Shown one piece after another: positions 1 through 12,040 of a DNA stretch of 64,000 nucleotides; position 1 is the first letter of the stretch, and each line of letters starts with the position of its first letter. The notes under the pieces are model-generated. The model made no database searches and was not told the DNA's origin. It worked only from the letters and a program-made list of their open reading frames with translations. The translations under genes and the position numbers were made by a program. This stretch comes from Octopus sinensis (Eukaryota): assembly GCF_006345805.1 (NCBI RefSeq), contig NC_043009.1, positions 33,170,001 to 33,234,000 on the forward strand. The letters run 5' to 3'.

Positions 1-464
1 GGAGAAAGACGAGACGAATCTTATCTTCGTTGTTCAACTGATGTCTTTCAAATAGTAAAACTTTATTCGCTTCGGCGACAAATGTGTTTACAAATTTATG
101 AATGAGGAATTATTTTAATAACCATATATCATCACTGACCTTTATGGGAAATAAGATTTTTCGAGCCGGAGGTTTCTACTATATTTGGCCATAAAATGTT
201 TGCCTGTCAGGCAAAGATGTCTGCGAATATTCTCGCTGAATCTGATTATTACTGAGAGTAACACAATTGAGACGGAGAAAGAAAAAATAAAACGTGTATA
301 AAATTGTGTTAGTTTATCCATACAGGCCTGAACAAAAGCAACAACAACAACTACAACAAGAATTACCATTCCAACTACAATATTACCTCAAATATTAGCA
401 TCATTTCTAGACAATAACAACACTATAAATAATGATGGTAGTAGTAGTAGTAGTAGTAGTAGTA

Positions 465-518
<54 letters not shown>

Positions 519-732
519 TAGTAGTAGTATAATCAATAATAATAATAACCAAAATCGATAATAAAAATGCAAATATAAATATTAATGTTGGTTGCTTGTG
601 TCTCAATAGAAGGATGGAAGAGTGTCGTTGTTCTAGAATTGCCAAATAAAGTTCTCTCGAATTACAGTCTACCATTTTGGTTTTTGTTCACATCATACTC
701 GACCTGCGCTAACTAGGGACTCATATCAAGAT

Positions 733-870
733 GCTGTGGACGAGTGGGCGTACAGAGTAACTAACGACGAACTAAGGCACTCCTAGATCGAATCCTGTCA
801 CCAGAACTGCCCATATCTCCTTGAGCAACACGTTTAACTATCAACAGCTCGGGCTGTCTAGCTGCAAAGT
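733..870 (+). mobile_element. Degenerate tRNA-derived SINE head with CORE-like segment
   Basis: A-box-like TGGACGAGTGG, B-box-like GATCGAATCC, then CCTTGAGCAACAC, resembling the CCTTGAGCAAGACAC segment of better-preserved SINEs at 40600-40923 and 56577-56912. Confidence 0.45.
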
Positions 871-984
871 GTCATATTTTTCACTTTATTGTCCAAAACA
901 AAGGCAATTCTCAACAACAAAATATATCCACCATTGTGTGTGTGCGTGTGTATGTGTGTGTGTGTGCGTGTGTGCGTGTGTGTA

Positions 985-1023
<39 letters not shown>

Positions 1024-2816
1024 AAACTGGATAACTGGTTCTTATCATAGTAAAATAGAATTTCTGTTTGGTACCCCAGGAAGGTAGGAAAACGGTAGCA
1101 GAATGTTGAAGCTGTTCAATGATGTAGAACTGTCAACCGTGGTGGTCATAGTGGAATCAACATACATTAAAGGTGATGAGGATAAATATAAAGATGAGAG
1201 GAGAGCGTGAGGGGAGGCTGGGTACGATGACTTATGAAGATGGTGACGATGACGACCACGATGACGACCACGATGACGACCATGGTGGTGGTGGTGGTGA
1301 TGGTGGTGGTGGTGGTGGTGGTGGCGGCGGTGGCGGTGGTGGTGGTGGCGGCGGCCGGGGGTGATGGCGGCGGCGGCGGTGGTTGTGATAGCGGCGGCGG
1401 CGGTGGTGGTGGTGGTGGTAGCGGTGATGGTGATGGTGATGATGGTTGTGCGTGTGTGGTAATATTTGTTGGTAATGTTGGTGGTAGTCTTAGTAATGGT
1501 AGTTGTAGTAGTAGTAGTAGTAGTAGTTATTGTGGTTGTGGTGCTGGTGCTGGTGGTAACGATGGTGTCTTTTTGTTTTTTTGTCTTGAGTTTTTTTTTT
1601 TTTTTTTTGTTACTTTGTTCTTTTTCTGTTGTATTTTCTTTCAATAAAGTAACATCAATTTTAGAATTGCCGAAAAGGAAAATCACCCCTAACCAATTTC
1701 ACTGATATTTCTTCCTAAATTGAATTCTGCTGTTATTTTGATGACAAAACACATTAGAAAATGGTCGAGTAAACATAGAAGTTGGAAAGTAAATGAAGGA
1801 TTTTCAGGTTCCAGGCATTCTGTGTCTTTAATATTGCTTCTAGCTACATTACTGTGCAAAACAATAGAGATAGATATTGTTATGGATTAAGTTTTAACAT
1901 GAAAGAAGCCAATAATTTCACACCAAAAAAAAAAAAAAAATAAGAAACGGTTTCCAAAGAATCAACAAAATACGACAGCAAAATAAGAAACTTATAAACT
2001 GATTCCTTCTTTCAGAAAGAGCTAAATGTGTGCGCGCGTTTGTGTGTGTGTGCGTGTTCGTGTGTGTGCGTGTTCGTGTGTGTGTGTGTGTGTGTGAGAG
2101 TGTATGCATGTGCGCGTGTGTGTGTATGTGTGGGGGGATATATATATATACCTATGTAAATATACATATATATGTATATATATATGCATATATCATATAC
2201 ATTCATATATATGCATAGCAATATATACATTTATATACATATATATATATGTGTGTATGTGTGTGTGTGTGTATCAACTGAGGATCCTGTTTGGAAAGTT
2301 ACTCCATTTACATATTAAACGGAGGAAATTATGTAAACAAACAAGAAAAATATTACCGTGATGTAATGGTTCGATCGGGGCCCTCAATACAGCAAACATT
2401 TAATATTTAAACGAAAAATTATGAATAAAACCCATTAATAGCTCCTTTTAAAACCTAAGGTGTTTAAAATGTTTCTAAAATGTTGAAAGTAGAAAGGAAG
2501 CGAAAATATGAAAACTTAAAGAAAGAAATATTATCCCGGTCGATAATAGGAAAATACAAAGCACATTATTTAATAATGGGGGATTATCAAAGTAACGAGA
2601 ATGAAAAAAAAAATCATCGTAAGAAGAAACAAAGTAATAACAACAACAACAACAACGGCGGCGCGGCGGCGGCGGCGGCGGCGGCGGCGGTGGTGGTGGT
2701 GGTGGTGTGGTGGTGGTGGTGGTGGTGGTGGTGGTGTAATGATGATGATGATGATAATAATAATAATAATAATGATAATAATAATAATAATAACAATAAT
2801 GATAATAATAATAATG

Positions 2817-2856
<40 letters not shown>

Positions 2857-2864
2857 TAATGATA

Positions 2865-2915
<51 letters not shown>

Positions 2916-3734
2916 TAATAATAATAATAATAATATTAATAACAACAACGTTTGCTCAGTTTTAATTCCATAATGTTACAGGGTAACAACTACAAAGACT
3001 TACATGTATTAGATGTCAGTAACAACAAAGAAGAAATATTGCAAGCTTGAAGGGCAGCCGGTACAAGTTTAATATTATATTATATAAGAAGAAGACAGAC
3101 AGGCTAAAAATACGAGATAAACCAAGAGTTGTAATGAAAGATGGAAAATAAAACGAAATTAAATGAACAGGAAAAATTCACCCAAACAAATATCTACATT
3201 AAATCCACAAAACTAAATTGCTGTATTAGCTGAGGGGTTTTAATCCATTCTAATTTTTTTTTCTTTTGCTAACAAAATAATCATTGTATTTTTTCTTCGT
3301 TTTAGAAATCTACGATTTCTTCCTATTCTCTACTTATTAAATCATATGAAACAGTTATATTGCCAAAAGATTGAAATTGCCGTCGGAAAAAAACTAGTAG
3401 CAAACCTGTCAAATTGAAATCGAAGACACCAAAAATTGTAGAACAAAACCTGTAAACAGAAGAGCATTTCATGTAATGGAATGTAAGAAACAGAAAAAAA
3501 TGTGTGTAAAATATCAAAAAAGACCCCCGCCTTTGGAAGCCATTATTAATTTAACATTCTAGAAACAATGAACAAATAGATTTTTATTACATTCTTGTAT
3601 CACGACGAAGACACTTATTGCCTCCTCCTGTTTCATTGAATAATGTCATCAATATATTTCTGTCTCTTAAAGTAGACTCTGTATAGATGTACGTGGCGCT
3701 ATACTTTGCTAACTTACTAATATCTAATATTGGT

Positions 3735-4360
3735 TTCAAAATTTGGCATAAGGTCAACTGTGTTGGCGGATGGAATAAGTCGATTACATCGACCGCAGTG
3801 TCCCACTGGTACTTATTCTATAGACCTCAGAGGAATGAAAGGCAAAGTCTATCGTGGCAGAATTTGAACTCAGCAAATAAAGACGAACAAAACACCGCTA
3901 AGCATTTTGCCCGGTGTTAACAATTCTGCCAGCTCTGCCCCTTATACCTATAACTAATATTATCCGTCTGTTTCTTATGTCTTTATTGTCCATAAGGGGC
4001 TAAACATAGAGGGAACAAATAAGGACAGACAAAGGGATTAAGTCGATTACATCGACCTCAGTGCGTAACTGGTACTTAATTTATCGACCCCGAAAGAATG
4101 AAAGGCAAAGTTGACCTCGGCGGAATTCGAACTCAGAACCTAGCGGCAGACAAAATACCTATTTCTTTACTACCCACAAGGGGCTAAACACAGAGAGGAC
4201 AAACAAGGACAGACAAACGGATTAAGTCGATTACATCGACCCCAGTGCGTAACTAGTAGTTAATTTACCCCGAAAGGATGAAAGGCAAAGTCGACCTTGG
4301 CGGAATTTGAACTCAGAGCGTAACGACAGACAAAATACCGCAAAGCATTTCTGCCAGCTT
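3735..4360 (-). mobile_element. Cluster of tandem tRNA-derived SINEs with Deu/Nin-like central domain
   Basis: The minus strand repeatedly reads GTTCTGAGTTC(A/G)AATTCCGCC (B box) followed by GCCTTTCATCCTTTCGGGGT-type sequence, resembling the Deu/Nin SINE domain. The ~180-bp unit is repeated head to tail, as at 20465-21072 and 36128-36526. Confidence 0.85.
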
Positions 4361-4419
4361 TTTTTTTTTTCAATTTGAGAAATATCCACAAATAACTTTT
4401 GGTCCCGAAAGATGATTAA

Positions 4420-4575
4420 GCATCATTACCCATCTGCTTCTGGTAACCTCCAAGGTCGACTGTGGTTTGCATCCTTTCGGAATCGATAACATAAGTATCA
4501 ACTGAGCACTGAGGTTGATGTGATTGATTTACGCACTTCCCCTCTCTCCAAAATGGTTGTCTTGTGCCAACATTC
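4420..4575 (+). mobile_element. Deu/Nin-like SINE fragment
   Basis: AGGTCGACTGTGGTTTGCATCCTTTCGGAATCGATAAC is a diverged plus-strand version of the same family. Confidence 0.6.
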
Positions 4576-5211
4576 GAAACCAATGTTACCTGTATGCTTA
4601 TTTATCTATCTCTTTAGCTATCCAGCTATCCATCGACCTACCAGCCGATCTATTTGACTTTACCTTACTGATCCAGCAGATCCACACAGTTTTAGCATCA
4701 CATCATGAAATTTTAAATTAATAGCAAACCATTGAAAATTATTTAATTGTTATAAAGGATTTCAATTAATCATATATTAATGAGATTGATATCAAAGCGT
4801 AGGCGAAATACCTATTATTATTACTCTAATACAAGTATAAAGACTTAACTATATCAAATATTGATCATGTACAATTAATGAGAGGGTAATCTGGAAAACG
4901 GCAAAGGAACCAACCTTCATTAAGTGTTTCGAAGAAAGATACAATTGAGGCGATTCAAGTGATATTCACCAGACTCAGACAAGAATTCATACACCATTTT
5001 CAATTGGTCAAACATTCATCATATAAATTATGAATAATGACTTCAACCTTTATTCAAAGTAATGACTTTAATTGAAACAAATTTAAATAATGATTCTCCT
5101 TAGCCTAAATATGTTCAGAGAATAACTTGGGAAGCAACATCGAAATACATTAGTCAGATACAGAGGGACTTTAGTCGATAGTTTTTTTACGGTCTTCTAG
5201 ACAGAGTGCCA

Positions 5212-5332
<121 letters not shown>

Positions 5333-5409
5333 TAGATCAGAATGTTCACTAACACTACCCTCAACAAGGAACCCAAATCTCGTAAAATATCTGTTTAATA
5401 TTGATTTCA

Positions 5410-5735
5410 AATTATTCAAATTCCGCCGAGATCGACTTTGCCTTTCATCCTTTCAGGATCGATAAATTAAGTAACCGACTGGCCCCCTCCCACGAAATTA
5501 CGGGTTTTGTGCCTAGAGTAGAAAAGAATATCGATTTCAAATTTTGGCAGAAGGCCAACAATTTCGGAAGAGAGGATAAGTTGATTACATTAACCTCAAT
5601 ATTCGACTGGTACTTATTTCATCGACCCCGAAAGGATGATACCCTAGCGGAATTTGAACTTAGAAGGTAAAGTCAAATGAAATGCCGTTAAGCAACTTTC
5701 CCGGCGTGCTAACGGTTCTTCCAGCTCACCACTTT
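5410..5735. mobile_element. Two Deu/Nin-like SINE fragments in opposite orientation
   Basis: 5410-5500 reads AAATTCCGCCGAGATCGACTTTGCCTTTCATCCTTTCAGG (+); 5530-5735 reads CGACCCCGAAAGGATG...GCGGAATTTGAAC (-). Confidence 0.75.
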
Positions 5736-5969
5736 AAATATCTATTTGATATTAACTACGAGAAATAATTTGCTGCGGTAAATACAAACTCATATCCATG
5801 GAGGAAGTTGTTGATTATTATATGTGTACCAGTGCTTGACTGGTGCACATATTATTGACTCGGGAGGAGAGAAAACAAAAGTCAACAACACGAAGACATT
5901 TTTCAAGATTTTAAAGGGGGTTGAATAAACATGAAAAGAATAATCATAATTGGAGGAATAACACAGTTA

Positions 5970-6362
5970 ATACTACTACTACTACTTCAGCATTCCGTCT
6001 GTTGCGACGACGGGGGTTCCAGGTGATCCGATCAACGGAACAGCCTGCTCGTGAAATTAACGAGCAAGTGACTGAGCACTCCACAGACACGTGTACCCTT
6101 AATGTAGTTCTCGGGGAGATTCAGTGTGACACAGTGTGACAAGGCTGTCCCTTCGAAATACAGGTACAATAGAAACAGGAGTGTGAGAAAGTTGTGGTGA
6201 AAGAGTAGAGCAGGGTTCGCTACCCAACCCCCTGCTGGAGCCTTGTGGAGCTTTAAGTGTTTTCACTCATTAAACACTCACAACGCCCAGTCTGGGAATC
6301 AAAACCGCAATCCTATGACCGCGAGTCCGCTGCCCTATCCACAGGGCAATTGCTGCGCCTCC
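5970..6362 (-). mobile_element. Full-length tRNA-derived SINE (head 1, tail a) with (GTA)n end
   Basis: Minus-strand head GGAGGCGCAGCAATTGCCCTGTGGATAGGGCAGCGGACTCGCGGTCATAGG...TTTTGATTCCCAGAC. The body is shared with 30276 and the 3' tail with 40600. Confidence 0.85.
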
Positions 6363-6687
6363 ACTACTCTTAATACTAAAAGACAATTTTCTTCTGCGAT
6401 ATTCTAGTCACATGTTCGTAGTGCTGGAGCTGTGAGTTTCAATGCGTACAAGTAGCGGATCACTTTGGAGAATTACGTAACCTGTCGAACAATGTTGCAA
6501 TACAGATCCTTCGGAAGGAACCCATTTCGGTCACTTATATTTGCGATCGTATTTCTCAATCTAAAAGGGTTGTTTTTTACCCAATATCTATATGCTACCA
6601 TTTATAGATTTATGTCCATCGAGATCCATTGCTTCCCAAAATATTTCACAATCTCTTCAAGTTTATAAAATTCATATGATCGCAACA

Positions 6688-6753
<66 letters not shown>

Positions 6754-6757
<4 letters not shown>

Positions 6758-6985
6758 GAAAGTTTACGAAAATAAACAAAAGACGAAGGCAGGTGGAGTA
6801 CAAACAAACAAATGTATTAGTATAGTGCTCAGGAATAGAAAAAGTCTTTTACGTTTCGAGCCTACGCTTTTCGAAGGAAAGATACACAGAAAAAAACAAG
6901 GAGAGAAAAAAAGGAGAGAAAAAATACGTGTAGTAGTTAACGATATATCATGGGAAGGTAGTAGTTAACGATCTATCATGGGAAG
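6754..6985 (-). mobile_element. Short non-autonomous repeat with hammerhead-like motif (family H1), next to (TA)n
   Basis: Homologous copies at 24240-24390, 28255-28430, 41420-41565 and 49735-49885, all carrying AGC-N4-GCTCGAAACGTAAA. Confidence 0.75.
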
Positions 6986-7147
6986 CAGTGGATCTCGATG
7001 GACATAAATCTATAAATGGTAGTAGCTAACGATCTAACATATATATATGTTCCAAACAACGGAGGAAAAAAGACCAGAAAAAACAACAATGAGAGGACGT
7101 AGTACATGCAACGTATTAATAAGACGCTCAGAGAAGAAAGGAACGGG

Positions 7148-7184
7148 TGTTTTATGTTTCGAGCAAAGCTCTTCTTCAGAAACA
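7148..7184 (-). ncRNA. Minimal type I hammerhead ribozyme-like motif (PLE type)
   Basis: Minus strand reads TGTTT-CTGAAGA-A-GAGC TTT GCTC-GAAAC-ATA-AAACA. Canonical CUGANGA/GAAA core, 4-bp helix II, 5-bp helix I. Helix III ACAT is probably CpG-decayed ACGT. Confidence 0.55.
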
Positions 7185-7261
7185 TGCGACAGAGGAAAAA
7201 AAGTGAAAAGGAAGACGGAGGAAAATAATCGCCAACAGTCTACATGTAGTTACATTTTGGA

Positions 7262-7301
<40 letters not shown>

Positions 7302-7330
7302 ATATATATATATATATACATATATATATT

Positions 7331-7727
7331 AGGCGCAGGAGTGGCTGTGTGGTAAGTAGCTTGCTAACATGGTTCCGGGTTCAGTCCCACTGCGTGGCAC
7401 CCTGGGCAAGTGTCTTCTACTATAAAACCTCGGGCCGACCAATGCCCTGTGAGTGGATTTGGTAGACGGAAACTGAAAGAAGCCTGTCGTATATATGTAT
7501 ATATATGTATGTATGAGTGTGTGTGTTTGTGTGTCTGTGGTTGTCTCCCTAGCATTGCTTGACAACCGATGCTGGTGTGTTTACGTCCCCGTCACTTAGC
7601 GGTTCGGCAAAAGAGACCGATAGAATAAGTACTAGGCTTACAAAGAATAAGTCCCGGGGTCGATTCGCTCGACTAAAGGCGGTGCTCCAGCATGGCCGCA
7701 CTCAAATGACTGAAACAAGTAAAAGAG
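7331..7727 (+). mobile_element. tRNA-derived SINE with CORE-like domain and internal TA/TG microsatellite
   Basis: Head GGCGCAGGAGTGGCTGTGTGGTAAG...CCGGGTTCAGTCCC, then CCTGGGCAAGTGTCTT. 3' part GGCGGTGCTCCAGCATGGCCGC...TGACTGAAACAAGTAAAAGA. Minus-strand relatives at 24405-24540 and 49510-50010. Confidence 0.9.
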
Positions 7728-7762
<35 letters not shown>

Positions 7763-7798
7763 TAGATGAGAAAGTTGTTTGTAAAAGCACGTGGTTGA

Positions 7799-8118
7799 AT
7801 ATATAGAAAATAGTAAAAAGTGAAAAAACTACAGAAGGCTTGTTTTAAAAGGTTAAAAAATATATATTTGAGTCAATATGTCTGAAGAATGTTATAAATT
7901 TTTTTCATACAATGACATAATTTAGAAGAAATAACCGGTTTCGCGTATCGTTAAGAAATTTGAAAAGCTGTACGCGAAACCGGTTATTTCTTCTAAACTA
8001 TGTCATTGTATGAAAAAAATTATAACATTCTTCAGACATATTGACTCAAATATATATTTTTTAACCTTTTAAAACAAGCCTTCTGTAGTTTTATCCCTTT
8101 TTACTATTTTCTATATAT
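7799..8118. repeat. Foldback: ~148-bp inverted arms with a 23-bp loop
   Basis: 7799-7947 is the reverse complement of 7971-8118 with about 4 differences by hand alignment. Confidence 0.95.
7953..7992 (+). ncRNA. Minimal type I hammerhead ribozyme-like motif, U3-A8 core variant
   Basis: AAGAAAT-TTGAAAA-GC TGTAC GC-GAAAC CG GTT-ATTTCTT. Perfect 7-bp helix I, 2-bp helix II, palindromic ACCGGT helix III, GUU cleavage triplet. Confidence 0.6.
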
Positions 8119-8130
8119 ATATATATATAT

Positions 8131-8464
8131 ATTTGTAATAACAAAATATTAACTTCTATCGGATTCTACATACCATGGACAAGAAGCATTTCTGTCCATT
8201 CTACAAGGCACTTTCTTTGGATAATGGAACTGCAACTGTAACATCCTACATATATTTTAATTTTAATTTTTGTTCTTTTATTTCCCTTTATACTTCTTAT
8301 TTCCATCCTTTTCCAAAATAACTCCTTACATTGAATTCTAGTTAACTCTACCATATCGTTTCTGATGAAGGGATATCCCTAATACCCCAGAAAAGAGGTG
8401 TAAGATTACTTTTCTCTTTATATAAATTCCACACAGCCTTGGTTTTGTTGTCTCATTTTATTTA

Positions 8465-8496
<32 letters not shown>

Positions 8497-8839
8497 TATA
8501 TATATATTTGTAATAACAAAATATTAACTTCTATCGGATTCTACATACCATGGACAAGAAGCATTTCTGTCCATTCTACAAGGCACTTTCTTTGGATAAT
8601 GGAACTGCAACTGGAACATCCTACATATATTTTAATTTTAATTTTTGTTCTTTTATTTCCCTTTATACTTCTTATTTCCATCCTTTTCCAAAATAACTCC
8701 TTACATTGAATTCTAGTTAACTCTACCATATCGTTTCTGATGAAGGGATATCCCTAATACCCCAGAAAAGAGGTGTAAGATTACTTTTCTCTTTATATAA
8801 ATTCCACACAGCCTTGGTTTTGTTGTCTCATTTTATTTA

Positions 8840-8860
<21 letters not shown>
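8131..8860 (+). repeat. Head-to-tail duplication with 375-bp period; each unit has a degenerate hammerhead-like core
   Basis: Units start at 8131 and 8506 and differ by one substitution outside the CA/TA spacer. CTGATGAAGGGATAT...ATACCCCAGAAA occurs at 8362 and 8737. Confidence 0.9.
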
Positions 8861-8893
<33 letters not shown>

Positions 8894-10393
8894 CATAGGA
8901 TTACAGCCGTTTCACAACCTTCATCATGTAGTGTTAATTTTACTATTAAGTATACATGTTTGCATTGACATGTCTGCTCAGCATTATAAAATATAATTGT
9001 ATATTCACAAATTAATGCACATAAAGAAAGGTAGCTCTTCAGATCACCAGAACAGCAAGCATATTCACATCAACAGTTCAACTCTGTCGAATGTACAATT
9101 ATGACATACATACAAATGAATATATGTCATATTTCCTGATATTACCCAAGCAGACAAAAGCATATTTCAGAAGCTACCCGTCTTCATATGACGAATTAAA
9201 ACCTAACATCAAATAAATAGCGTCAGATTCATGACGCGTTACGTATGGAAAGTCGCTAAATTTACCTGTCAAGAGTTATGCGACAACAACTTCTAAACTT
9301 CAGTGATAACTATGAAAATTCATCTATAACCTATCGACAAATACGCTGTTGCAGTATTCTAGTCAATATATATTTGTATACGTAAACACATAATTAATTT
9401 TCTGTTATTTAAGTATATTACTTCGCAATGAAGTTTTAAATCACAGAATTCTCATCAATTCCGAAGCAATCTCTTGGGAGAGAAATTATAACTTTGTTAC
9501 ATCATGAAATATATGTCTGTGTTGTTGATGTGGATGACTTTTTTTCCTTGTATTACTAGGACCAGAGTTTTACATAGCATTTGCATTGGAGACACATTTA
9601 TTCACTATTATAGCTACCTTTAAAACATATACATATACATACATATGCATATGTACGTGTATATATAGACATAAAGGTAGATATATACATATACGTATAT
9701 AAACTGTACGTATGAAGTATGTATTATGGATATGTGTTTGTATATGCAACCCGACAAACAAATATATAATTATATACATATCAATACAATGACGAATGCA
9801 GACCTAGTCTCGTTTTAGTGTTTTATTCATGTCTTTATATGTGTGTATATGTATATATGCATATATGTATGTATAAAGAGAGAAATTATAAGCTTGAGTG
9901 TATGTGTGTATTAATATAAGTATATATAGCATGTATTTCTAATAGTCTAATTCGAAATGATTGATAGATGTTGAAGCAGCAGACAGATATGTCCATTATG
10001 TTTAACAAATCTTCAAATTGAATACTTTCCTCTCTGTTTCCCTTACTTTTTTTCCCTGTCTACCGCGAAATCGTACAATCGAAATTTATCAATAAATATA
10101 TACAGCCAGCGTTTATGGTTATTAAAACGTTTTTGCAAGAAGAAAATGACATGAATAAAGACAACAAAACGATATGAAATATCATGACAAATTGCTCCCT
10201 AAAGGACCTTATTTGTAGAAGAAACAGAAAAAAAAAATCGAATGCTATTGGGAGCAAGAAATCTTTCAAATATATTTTGCAAAGAAGCAAAGCTTGAACT
10301 GTTTAAATTCAATCATATACATATGTTGATATGTATACATATGTTTATGTTAAGGACTATGTAAATGTGTGTATATACATATATATATACACA

Positions 10394-10448
<55 letters not shown>

Positions 10449-10606
10449 GTAAACACATATTTCTCTTTATATAGATTGATGTACATATTAGATATAGATA
10501 TGTTGGAGGGGGAGAGAATTATGATAGTAAATCAACATTGATCTCCTTCTGTATAATACTTGTGAATAAACGCAAACGTGCATGCAGATAAATCGATCGA
10601 TAGACG

Positions 10607-10660
<54 letters not shown>

Positions 10661-10896
10661 GGCAAATAGACAGACAGGTAGATAGACAGATTATATACAT
10701 GGAATGTCTCCGCGAGCAGATAACAGACTGGTTCACGGTTAATGGTAAGTACGTATCTCGAATAAGATGGCAACTAGCTGGGCCAATCTCCCATGTCTGT
10801 CTTGGAGACATGGTATACGCACTTATTTCAATTCGTCTCGTCTATCCAGTTAAAATTCATTGTCGGATAAAACTACTACTACTAATACTACTATTA

Positions 10897-10977
<81 letters not shown>

Positions 10978-11582
10978 GTGGTGGTGATGATGATGATGAT
11001 GATGATGATGATGCTGATGACGATGATGATGATGCTGATGCTGCTGCTGATGCTGATGCTACTACTACAACTACTACTACATACACCACCACTGCTATCA
11101 TCATTACTTCTAACACTACTACTACGACTACTACCTTACCTTTATTCTTTTACACAATTACTAACAGCCTATGTGTATCCATTTGTCCCTTCTCTTTTTG
11201 ATTAGATAAAAAAGAAATACCAGTGGTGGTATCATAGTCCCGTAGTCACTGACGTAACGCTTATGTGTGGTTATTACAAGATAAAAGTTATTTTAGCTTA
11301 ATGACATGGATTCACAGAAAGGGAATTGCTATAAATACACTAAATTTTGTATTTTCAGCTTTTCTAGAGAAATCAAATATATACGTGAGTATTCCTGGCA
11401 TTTTATTTATGGACAACAAAATGATGAAAGGCCAAGTCAACACCATCAGGATTTGAACTTGGAAAACGCAGAACCGGAACAAATAATAGCAACACAATCT
11501 CTTCGAAGCTCAAACGAATAAGAGAATCTGTAATTTTGCAGTCTTCACACATGAAATGATAAAATATTCTAAATTGATATGA

Positions 11583-11584
<2 letters not shown>

Positions 11585-11643
<59 letters not shown>

Positions 11644-11950
11644 TATATATATGTATATATATATATGTATACATATATGTGTATATATATATATATATGT
11701 ATGCATATATATATATACATAAACATGTATATATATATGTATGTATGTATGTATGTATGCATGCATGTATATGTACATACATTTACATGTATATATGTGT
11801 ATATATATGTATGTGTGTATATATATATACACGCATTATATATATGCATGTGCGTGTATATATATATGCTTGTATATATATATATATATATATATATAAC
11901 CACACACATATATATATACATGTATATATATAAATATGTATACATACATA

Positions 11951-11982
<32 letters not shown>

Positions 11983-12040
11983 ATATATATATATATTATA
12001 TATATATATATATATATAAGTATGTGAGAGAGAGAGAGAA
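11585..12040. repeat. (CT)n plus long TA/TG-rich low-complexity tract
   Basis: Direct reading. Comparable tracts at 24850-25145, 25500-25860, 44720-44950, 57570-57810 and 62450-62910. Confidence 0.95.

Noticed and set aside
200-222. TTTGCCTGTCAGGCAAAGATGTC resembles the 3' part of miR-8 (TAATACTGTCAGGTAAAGATGTC)
   Set aside because: The seed region differs and no complementary 5p arm or precursor hairpin is present.
669-786. Apparent terminal exon YHFGFCSHHTRPALTRDSYQDAVDEWAYRVTNDELRHS*
   Set aside because: It overlaps a degenerate SINE head (A/B boxes plus CORE-like segment), and the acceptor has no polypyrimidine tract.
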